DNA of 64,000 bases from Entomortierella parvispora E1425 (lineage: Eukaryota > Fungi > Mortierellomycota), in assembly GCA_020891255.1 (NCBI GenBank), contig BQFW01000009.1, positions 930,001 to 994,000 of the forward strand, in the 5' to 3' direction. Positions 26,960 through 37,494 of this stretch are shown here, one piece after another. The notes under the pieces are model-generated. The model had not been told where the DNA came from. It searched no databases and saw nothing but the letters and a program-made list of their open reading frames with translations. Each line of letters begins with the position of its first letter. Positions within the stretch are counted from its first letter, which is position 1. Made by a program: the position numbers and the translations under genes.

Positions 26960-27877
26960 ATGGTTGTCCGTTTCGCAGTAATCTGCGCCTCTAATCAGAA
27001 CCGCAGCATGGAGGCACACAATCAGCTACTGTATGTTATTGAACAGGATTTTCTATTTTTTGTGACATCTACATGTTTGCTTCATGTCAAACTGACTTTG
27101 CTTCGCTTTTGTTCGTTTCAGCAAACACGGATTCACTGTATCATCATATGGAACAGGAACTATGGTTCGGTTACCGGGACCTACCATCGACAAGCCCAAC
27201 ATTTATAATTTCGGGACACCCTATAATGATGTCTATCAGGAACTCAAGGGCAAGGATACACAATTGTAAGCGTGGACCTTTCCTCTTTATCAGTCCGAGG
27301 GGGGATGTCGTCCATTTTCTGGCTTCAGTCTAGAGGGATGTTGACCACAGGGGAGAGCAGGAAGTGTGTTTTCGTTTACTCATCATAATTGTTTATCGGC
27401 GGTCATAGGTATCAGTCAAATGGTCTCTTGCTGATGTTGGATCGGAATCGTAAGATCAAGAACTCACCAGAACGGTTCCAGGAGAGTAAACAGGAGTTTG
27501 ACGTGATCATTACCTGTGAAGAGCGCTGCTTTGATGCTGTCTGCGACGGTAAGATGGACTTAAACTAAGATGGATATTGTTCTTTGCTGCTTTTCTTTCA
27601 ATTGGGCGTGCCTTCTAACGCAATGGTTTATGCATCGCCTTATCGTCAATCAGATTTAATCTCAAGAGGCGAGACTCATAACAACCCGGTGCATGTCATC
27701 AACGTGGAGATCAAGGACAACTATCAGGAGGCTATGGTTGGAGGCGGAATGATCCTTAACCTGGCCACATCCATCCAGCAGGCACGGGATCTGGATCAGG
27801 AGATTCAAAACATTCTCAGCAAGTTTCAGGAACGTTATCCAAGTGCTCCTGTGCTGCATTCTGTTTCTTTCTTTTGA
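26960..27877 (+). CDS. SSU72: RNA polymerase II CTD phosphatase Ssu72, multi-exon
   Basis: [20 protein letters not shown] (CxxxxxR catalytic motif), [61 protein letters not shown]. Confidence 0.95.
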
Positions 27878-27926
27878 AGCGACAAAGAATGGTGTACATA
27901 TACAATTTAATTAATAAACATGTTTT

Positions 27927-29533
27927 TTACAGTGAATGCTCGACCACACTATCGGCGACGGTGCAGACCCAGGTATTGTCTCCAGGGAGGCCAACAATGA
28001 ATCCATTCTCACTTGATCCTCCAAACACCTTGCGAACTAGCCCATCAGATGGCGCTTGGTTGTTAACCTCTCCGAATTGTTCCTCAATCGTGTTGTTGGG
28101 GTCAGAGGTTGTGAAGCGAACGCGACCTATTGTGAAATATAGACTTATGTCAATACCTTCAGCACCAACAAAATATAGCACACGGAAAAAAATATTGATA
28201 GCAATTGGTGTACCCATACCAGCATCTTTTTCCGATGCTGGATCAAAATGCCCCTCTGTTGGACTCTTGCTATGGTGGATAAACTGAACCCACTGACCGA
28301 CTTCGAGGTCATGCACAGTGTCGACAGCCATGTTTCCTTTGCTTGGGTCGCCACCTGTGATCTTGTATACGGTCGCCTTTTTCTGTTTTCAAGCGGCTAT
28401 ATTAGTATGCCAGTATGTGGGAAGCATTCCATCATGATGATAGTCATTGCGGACTCTGTATACCATATCAAGCTGCGCATCCTCCTGTGTGCTATTAGAC
28501 GTTGAAGGGGGGCCAGTGGCCAAAAAGTACTCCTTATCCTTGGTCAGTGTTGTTGCCTTGAGACGATCCAGTAAAAGTCTTGTGGCATTGGACTCGTCCA
28601 GTTCTAAAATGATGTTTCCACGGCACCTATGAACACGTATACACCACTGACGCGTGAGTAACGAGTGCACCTTGTCCTTCCACATTTCTCAATTGCAGCC
28701 TCAATTATTTACCTCGTAATTTGCATAGCAGGACCAAGGGTTGTCATAGACGGGTACTCCACAGTTGTCAGCTGATTTTTCACAGCACCCTCTGCTTGCT
28801 TTTTCGCCAAGGAGACTCCCACAACGCCATCTTGAACCCACTTGCCGTCATAAAACATGGTCACTGGTCGCCCAGTGATGAATGGTGTTGAGCTTGCAAT
28901 GAGTCCAAACTTGCTTGCTTTTGGATTAGCAACATCCAAGGCCTCCAAAAATTGATGCACCTCCAGATCTGAAATCACAAGGATATCCTGATCTGTCTTG
29001 TCTTTCGCCACAACTGCGTCGGGCACTTGGACTTGGTTTCTGCCAATTGAAATACTCTTGAAGGCATTCCAGGCGTCGGCTGTATCGAGGCTTCTTTCCT
29101 CGATGTCCTGCGATCGGGCCCACCTGCCTACAGATTTCTCCTTGAGACGTTTGCGGCGTGATTCTTGGCCTGAGAGACAGAAAGGGGTACTGGAGATCAA
29201 GCCACTTGAAGGCGTGAAGATCAGCGTTGACACGCCATGGCCGGATGTTGTCGGGACACGATCAATGACGGCTCCAAGTACAAGAGATGATTTTGTGATA
29301 TGGGAAGGGACCTTGGAGGGCAGATCTAGGAGATCGGACCCAGGGAAGGACCTGGAGGCGAGGATAACCGTGACTGAGCCTGCAGCTGGCGCGGAGGAAA
29401 CTGGAAAGCAGCGGGCGAGTGCCGTCTTCAGGTCAGGGTGTGAGCAAGTAGCCGCCGTGTAAAGCGGCCTCGATCGCGCCTGCCCTCGAGTGGTTAGAGA
29501 AGGGGCAAGCGAAAGAAAGCGAGTAATGAGCAT
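27927..29533 (-). CDS. FIST-domain protein with a likely mitochondrial presequence, multi-exon
   Basis: Arg/Ser/Leu-rich N-terminus; GAVIDRV; LEALD...ASKFGLIASSTPFITGRPVTMF; ITRCRGNIILELD..NATRLLL; GGDPSKGNMAVDT..DLEVGQWVQF resemble the fungal FIST/FIST_C family. Confidence 0.65.
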
Positions 29534-29710
29534 TTAGGGAAGTTGAATGCGAACAAAGGAGAAAAGGTCCGAAAGATCAACTCCATGTTCCGGTTAAAGC
29601 GAAGCAAGGCCGGCCTTTGGAAGCAGACACGTGACTTGGCACGAAAAAAAGAAAGAGCGGCCAAGGACCTGGCGTGTTGTTGCAACATCTTCAGCAGACG
29701 ACAAACAACC

Positions 29711-31149
29711 ATGGCGACACCGTTAATAGGAGCACCCGGAGCAGGGTCTGGACAGCCAGAGTCAAAGGCGGATCTCTTGAATGTGGAATGGCGCTTTCAG
29801 GAGTGGCTCATGGTAATGTAACTGGATGGCATCTGCCAATCTCGTTTGTACACATGGATCAGTTTTAACGCATGACCACCTGCTATTGCAATTCCAGGGC
29901 ATGGGAGGACTCAATCCCGATAACGTCTTGGATTATTTTGCTCTATCGCCATTCTGGGACCCAGAATGCAACAATGCAGTCCTAAAGATGCAGACGCAGT
30001 TTAACAATTTGGGCGAGATGAAGCAAAGACTCAGGTAACGCGTTTTTTCAGACCTTGCGCGTTCAGGACATCGATCGGCAGTACTAACGACAGTAATTCA
30101 CCTTACAGCGGTATGACAGGTACCGAGTTTGCTTTAGTTCACGAGAGATATCCAACGCTGTTCATCATTCAAAAGCAGAGACGCAGGAGTCCAACAGAGG
30201 GTATGCTATCGGTTGCAAATTTGCAAATCAAACTGGAATTTTGGTTTGGCTTACGAAGGCCTGAAACTTTTGTTTTCCTCTGTTCCTAGTCATGCCGTTA
30301 TCAATTTACTACGTCCTTCATGGAAACGTCTTCATGTGCCCTGATCTTCATACTCTGCTGTCCAATCGCGTGGTATGATAGCATGTTGTGACAACTGGGA
30401 ACCGCATGTTGTTAGTAAATAGCTACTGACCCGATCGATACAATGGCACAAATAGCTTGGAAGTTTGCACCATGTCGAGAGTGCGTTCAATGAAGCTCGA
30501 GTCATGACCGATTTCCACCCCTCCACAGGATACCATTGGAAATCTGCGGCGGATGTTGCCAATGGATCATCATCACCTCTGTTGCCCCCTGCGTCGATGA
30601 CCGATCAATTGCAAACTGCTGTTGGACCAGCAAAAGTTGGTACGTTTCTCTGCTTCTGTCAAACAATGGGATGGTTTTTTTTTCCTGTACGACAGTTTGC
30701 TAACCTATCCAGATTTGATCTCTTGCCATGTAATAGAGTCACAGGATTTCAGGGTTGCGGTCGACAGAGCTATTAAGAATGTGGAGCAGCGGGCCCACAT
30801 CCAACAATTCTTGCTTCAGTCTGGAGCACATGGCTCTGCAGCAGGCGCTGCTGCGACGTCAACAGTGAAGCAGGAGGGCTCGGGAGGTGGCAGTAGCAGC
30901 AACACACAATCACCCACCGGTACCCCAGCTTCTAGAAACGCACCCAAAACTGCAGCCAAGAGACGCAAGAAAAGTGAAGAGGCGTCTGCTGCTGCAACGA
31001 GCATGGGAATCAACACCTCGGTTGGCTCAGGGACTTCACAAGGCCGGGCTGGTTCTGCTGGCGGAGGTAACCAGCCGACGACGCCTGCTACGCCAACCGC
31101 CACTCCCACTAAGAGGCGGAAGAAGACAAAGAACATCGATCCAAAGTGA
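29711..31149 (+). CDS. MED6: Mediator subunit 6, multi-exon, with a low-complexity basic tail
   Basis: DLLNVEWRFQEWL; LNPDNVLDYFALSPFWDPECNNAVLKMQ; GTEFALVH..PTLFIIQKQRR.SP; C-terminal KRRKK motifs. Confidence 0.9.
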
Positions 31150-32060
31150 GGACCTGGTTCTCATTCTTATTCGAAGAACTTAACTTCGAATTGTACATTA
31201 AACTTGGTCTGAACGCCACCAACTGGAGATCGTGACGAGTGGGCAGTCACAAAATCGTGTCTGACCATATTTTTGTCATTTTCGATATGAATGTTCGTTT
31301 CCTTCGAAAAAATGTCTGAGAGGAGTGTAAGAACGAGGGTAATCACATAGAAAGGAGAAAGCACAATTCAGTAACAACAGAAACTAAGATCATGGTTACC
31401 TACCAGCAAACTGCCAGAGCCAGGCAGGGATCATCCTTCTGGAGCAAGGTCTGACAGGGTGCCAAAAAAAAAAAAAAAAAAAAAAAAGGTTTTCCGAGAC
31501 GTGTGTCAGGATCGAGCGGACCCTTTCTTTTGTTCTTTATCACATCTGGGGGGGTACAAAGCGAGCGAGCAAATCATTTCTCGCGCCAGATAAAGAATTC
31601 GTCTTTCGATTGATTGCAGGAGAACTTGAAAAAAAAGCCGAGCTGCCTCTCCACGAACCAGACACGAGCGAGTGAGACACAGTGAAAGAGAAGCGATTGC
31701 TCTCTTCATCCATATCATAATCGTATCGTATCTTTTACCATCATCATCATCATCCATCTGACTGCTGCTATTGCCCTTCTAGCACATGCCATCATCAATC
31801 TCACCACGGTCAATATCAAATCTTCATCGCCCCCTCCTGGTAAACCTGCTGCTATAAAACGGTTACACTTCGGTCACCCTTTTTTTCCACTTCTTCCTCA
31901 CTCACACTCACACTCACAGAGACTCTCACCGCCCCAGTTGCCATTTGCAAAAACACCCCACTCTATCAAATCAGTTGCACAGCGTCACCGCCACTCGCTC
32001 AGCTTGCCACTTCTACTTGCACACCGTCACTTTCATATACAAGCACATAACATATCCACA

Positions 32061-33603
32061 ATGCCACCACACGCCAGCCCTATCGCCAACGTTTCTCATA
32101 GCCCGTACGCACCCAAGTACACAGACTCATTGTCTCGTCTTACGAACTGGTCCATCATCGAATCAACCTTGCGCGAGGGAGAGCAGTTCGCCAACGCCTT
32201 CTTTGATACTGCCAAGAAGATCGAGATTGCTAAGGCTCTAGACGACTTTGGAGTCGAATACATCGAGCTCACATCGCCTGCAGCCTCGGAGCAGTCGCGC
32301 CTCGACTGCATAGCCATTGCTAACCTCGGTCTCAAGGCCAAGATTCTCACTCATGTTCGCTGCCACATGGACGATGCCCGCATCGCCTGCGAAACTGGTG
32401 TCGATGGTCTTGATGTTGTCATTGGTACCAGGTAGGTGTCCCACTAGATGAGGAGTTTTATATGGGACGCAACCGGATGTTAACCATTTGTGATTTGCTT
32501 CTGTGGGGAAAATAGCTCATATCTCCGCGAGTTCAGTCACGGCAAGGACATGGACCGCATCATCAAGGATGCTACCGAGGTCATCAACTATGTCAAGTCC
32601 AGGGGCCTCGAGGTTCGCTTCTCCTCAGAGGACTCTTTCCGATCCGATCTTGTTGATCTTCTGAACCTGTACAAGGCCGTTGATCAGCTCGGAGTCAACC
32701 GTGTCGGAATCGCCGACACTGTCGGATGTGCCAACCCTCGCCAGGTCTACGACTTGGTCAAGACCCTCCGCTCCGTCCTCAAGCCAACGACAGATATCGA
32801 GTGCCACTTCCACAATGGTAAGTAGTTCTTTCTATCTAACCCCCCAAGATGGGCGTTCTATCCATCGCATCAGATATGGATTGCGATTTTCTGGATATCG
32901 ATGCGATATTGATTTCGATCGAATCATGTGATCTCGAACAGTCACGCTAATTTTTTGCCGCTCTTTTTTTTTTCATCTCATAGATACCGGATGTGCAACC
33001 GCCAACGCCTACGCTGCTCTCGAGGCTGGCGCCACCCACATCGATACTTCAGTTCTCGGCATTGGTGAGCGCAATGGAATCACCCCCATTGGTAACTTGA
33101 TTGCACGTATGTTCACCGTCGATCCCGACTATGTTGCCTCCAAGTACAAGCTTCACCAGCTTCGTGATCTCGAGAACTTGATTGCCGATGCCGTCGAGAT
33201 CCAGGTTCCCTTCAACAACTGCATCACTGGCTACTGTGCATTCACACACAAGGCCGGTATCCATGCCAAGGCCATTCTCAACAACCCTGCCACCTATGAG
33301 ATTCTCAAGCCCGAGGTATTTGGTATGACAAGATACGTCTCGATCGGTCATCGTCTCACTGGATGGAATGCCGTCAAGAACAGAGCTGAGCAATTGGGCC
33401 TGGCCCTTTCTGATGATGACTTGAAGGCCATCACAGGCAAGATCAAGGCCCTTGCCGATATCAAGAACCAGAGTATGGAGGATGTGGACGGTCTCCTGAG
33501 GAACTTCCACGCCTACAAGGTCGCAGGCGATCACTCTGCCATTCAACAGCTCTTGGTCGTTCCTGAAGAGACCGTTGCTCCAGTAGAAGTGGCCGTCAAC
33601 TAA
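32061..33603 (+). CDS. LYS21: Homocitrate synthase (alpha-aminoadipate lysine pathway), multi-exon
   Basis: [17 protein letters not shown]; [12 protein letters not shown]; [12 protein letters not shown]; [11 protein letters not shown]; ECHFHNDTGCA; [14 protein letters not shown]. Confidence 0.95.
32818..32983 (+). other. Intron containing consecutive short inverted repeats
   Basis: GT at 32818, AG at 32982-32983. Contains ATCGCA(32864-69)/TGCGAT(32882-87), a perfect ATATCG-ATG-CGATAT (32895-32909) and the near-palindrome GATTTCGATCGAATC (32911-32925). Confidence 0.6.
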
Positions 33604-34165
33604 AGTAGCACCCAAAGCGTGAAAAACACTTCTCAACCTTTTGCATCTTTCTTTTCTTGTTTTCGACTTGTACCATTTCCTCGACTGAGTCCATTCCTTT
33701 CCCTGACTTCCACGGCTCTATACATACGATTCTTCCTACGCCTTTTTCCCGACCAGCCAATGTGTGTTTATTAAAAACGTAAAGAGGATGGACACAGAAA
33801 GATATTCCCGCGCTTGCAAAAGGCAAAGTATGTATGTACATGTTGACAAAACAACACGCTGATGTGCACCAGCCTCCTTCCTGCGCCAATGGTTGAGCAA
33901 GAGAGGGGCCTAGCCTTCTTGGACCCGTCTCGGACTGAGTGCCGTGTCAAAGTACTTCCGCTCCGTGGAGGAATTCCTTTTGGTTGTGCTCTCTTCTTGT
34001 TCTGCCCCTCTTTGCTCCGCCCCAGAGCACCGCCACGCTCATCCCCAAACTTTAATGGGAACAAAAAGGAAAGACTAGAAGAAGACCACCTTCCCACCTC
34101 CCATTCGCTTCCCTCATCATCTCCCTCCCATTCCTTGGCCATTCACCTCACAGCCGTCCATCTCT

Positions 34166-37100
34166 ATGCAGGCTGCTTTTCCTCCTCTTCAGGCCATGTT
34201 GCCTCCTCCAACCTCCAAGGTCGAGTTGAAGATCCGTTGCAAGTAAGTAAAGCACTAAAGTCCTGCAGCACAGCCTCATATGCAATCGACCTTGGCTCAT
34301 CTTGTGTTTGCCTTTTTGCTCCGCTCAGAAATCTCTCCAACCGAGACGCGACCTCGCTCAGTGATCCTCAAGTCTTCCTCTTCACCGAGGATCGTTACAC
34401 TGGCAAATGGTCCAAGGAGCCACATGGTATGACGGAGCTTATCAAGGACAGTCTGAATCCAGTCTTTGTCAACGGTCTTCAAATAGACTACCGGTTCGAG
34501 TCTGTCCAGAGACTGAAGTTTGTTGTTTACGACATTGACAAACACAGCGGCAAGTGGTCTGATCAAGACTACCTTGGTGAAGCCATCACGGATCTTGGAT
34601 CCATCATCGGGGCAAAGGGTGGGCAGATCTCTCTTCACCTTGGGCACACCAAGTATACATCACGAAGCTTTGGGCACATTATCGTTCGCGCCGAAGAAGT
34701 TTCCACTTCAAAACGGGTTCTCAAGTAAGGCTCATCTGCGCAATTGCTGTGTACTGCATTATTGTGTTGCGGATTTTGTTATGATTTGCACTTTGAAAGC
34801 TCATGTTACTGATGGATGTTTTTGAACGTTACCCCAGCTTTTCGATCAGGGCCAACGACCTGACGAAGAAAGGCATGTTCAAGACGGCCCCTTCTACGTT
34901 CTTTGTGATTCAACGTGCAAATGGCGATGGGACATTCACGCCAGTATACAAGTCTGAGGTTGTTCATCAGCACGATGATCCTTCTTGGAAGCAGTTCTCT
35001 GTGAAAGAGAGTATCATTTGCAACGGAGATCCCAGCCGTCCGTTGAAGATCGAGGTCGTCAGCTACAAGTCTACTGGAAGTATGATAACAAAATGCAACT
35101 CGGGCTCATCATTTCTGACGAGAGAGACGAGAGATCTTGCTCAACGTGTACAGAATTCCTAACTGGGCGTTCATTCAAACTCTGTGTCACAACAACAGCC
35201 CATGTCATTCTTGGAACCACCGCCGTGTTCACAGCTGCCCAGCTAAGCCAGCAGCGTTTCCCTCATGTCATGCCCATTCCGCCTATGACCGGCAGCTCTG
35301 TATTGACCGTTCAGGGATTTCATGTGACGGAACCACCATCGTTCCTGGACTTTTTGGCAGGGGGAGGGACCATCGGGTTGACAGTAGCCATTGATTTCAC
35401 GCAGAGTAACGGCGACCCTCGTCAACCCAACTCACTTCACTATCGGAGCCCACATGGCGAGAACGACTATTCTCGCGCCATTCGAAGTGTCGGCAACATA
35501 CTTCAATGCTACGACAGTGACAAAAAGTTCCCCGTTTATGGATATGGCGGTCGCCTGGGAGTCCCACCCACCGTCCGCCATTGCTTCCCCCTAAATGGAA
35601 ATCCGGTTAATGTAAGAGGAATCGATTGGACATAATCTGCCCATGAAAAAAAAACTAACCAGTTGTTGCTGAATGTGCGATCTTAGCCCGAGGTTTACGG
35701 AGTGGACGGTATACTTCAAGCATACTGGCACGCGTTAACTTTTGCTGAGCTCTATGGGCCTACCAACTTTGCCCCAGTTATCGAGGAGGCGACCAATATT
35801 GCCAAGCAAATGGAGGCGTACGTTGGAGGATACTCGATCTTGCTTATTATCACAGACGGCGCCATTACGGACATGTGAGTAGCCAGGAGATTTATTTTCT
35901 CGGATCAATGGGAATTGTTGCATTCACTGATATACAGTGCTTTTCTTACCATCTTCACTACAGGAAAGAGACCGTCAACGCTATTCGTAAGGCTAGTAAG
36001 CACCCTCTTTCTATCATAATTGTCGGTGTTGGCCATGCTCGCTTCACCAGTGTAAGTCCCTTCGATACAATTGCCGATTGCCAATGGAAGAAGGAGACCC
36101 TTTTCTCTTTTACTGACTCAAGATTCATATCTTTACTATAGATGGACATCCTCGATGGCGACGACAGTTGTGATATCAAAAAGGGACGCGATATTGTACA
36201 GTTTGTGGCAGCAAGGGACTATCTTCCACACAACGAGTACGGCTTTGCCCAGGCCATACTGGCGGAAGTCCCAGATCAGTTTATGGCATTCATGACTCAG
36301 AACGGGATAAAACCTCGCCCACCCATTAGGATCGAAACTGCCGTTCCCCTGCCTATGATTGCAATGCCTGTGGATACCGCCGCTCCTGGCATTATCAGCG
36401 TCCCTGTGGCCATCCCATCCCCTCATGGATCACCTTTGCCTCAGCACTTTGCTTTGCTTGGTGCTGTTTCTCCTGCTCATGCACCCCCTCATTTGGCACC
36501 TTACAGACCTCCATCACGGCCTGGATCACCATCTGCAGGACACTACCCTCCTCCCGCGGGACCTCTTCCCTCCGGAGCTGCAATGCCTGACCCTTCAAAA
36601 CACGGCGCTTACCCTCCTCCTAACGCGACTGCTCCGCCTGGAGCATCAACGCCAGTATATCCCCCTCAACCCTATTACCCAGCTCAACCCCCGCAACAGG
36701 GATATCCAGGATACTCCCCTCAGCAATATCCTGGATACCCGGCTCAACAGCCGGGATATCCTCCTCAGCCATATGGGTATCCTCCTCCACAGCCGGGATA
36801 CCCTCCGCGGCACAATGATTATCTAGGATATCCGCCCCAGCAACCTGGATACCCTCCCCAGCAATCTGGATACCCTCTTCAGCAACCTGGGTACCCTCCT
36901 CAGCAACCTGGATATCCTCCTCAGCAGCCTGAGCATCCACCCCAACAACCTGGATGCCCACCTCAACAGACGGAATACCCGGCACCTCAAGCACCACCAC
37001 CAACTTCTTTACCGCAACCTGGAAGTGATATTGGCACTACACACCCAGTGCCTCCTCTGTCGCAGCCTAGAAGTGAAGGAAGTGCCACACACACGAACCC

Positions 37101-37257
37101 TCCTGTCGCGCCTCCTGCTAGTATTCCAGGGGATCAAAAAGTGTCCGCTGCACCTACAGATGCTCTTGTCGCCTCTGTGGGAGCTATGGCAATTACGCCC
37201 GCACCGCGTGCTCCCACTGCACCCCAGGCGGCCGGGGGCGAAGGCAGCCGGGCGTGA
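34166..37257 (+). CDS. Copine (C2-C2-vWA) with a long Pro/Gln/Tyr-rich tail, multi-exon
   Basis: ATG at 34166 ([25 protein letters not shown]); C2 motifs [34 protein letters not shown]; vWA motifs [62 protein letters not shown]. Confidence 0.92.
36660..36990 (+). repeat. Coding 21-nt tandem repeat encoding (PPQQPGY)n in the copine tail
   Basis: Translation of ORF 36142-37257 shows repeated GYPPQQP units; boundaries are approximate. Confidence 0.85.
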
Positions 37258-37494
37258 TGAGCGTGTGGTGGAGATACGCTGAGCCCTTCGTAATTGAATA
37301 AATATCTGCTGTGGCAAACCCTCTCTTAATGCTGACGACACACGAGGTGATCAATAAAACTGATCTCAGACGAAAAAAAATGACCACGAGCACAACTCTG
37401 TTTCTTTCCTCCTAGCCCAACGCGCAAACGAAAGACACAGATACACGACAAGGAGCACTCACATACGCACTAGAAGCACTACTACATACACAGC

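Noticed and set aside
31506-31757. 83-aa ORF starting MDDDDDG
   Set aside because: Derived from a (CAT)n repeat in the homocitrate synthase upstream region; no support.
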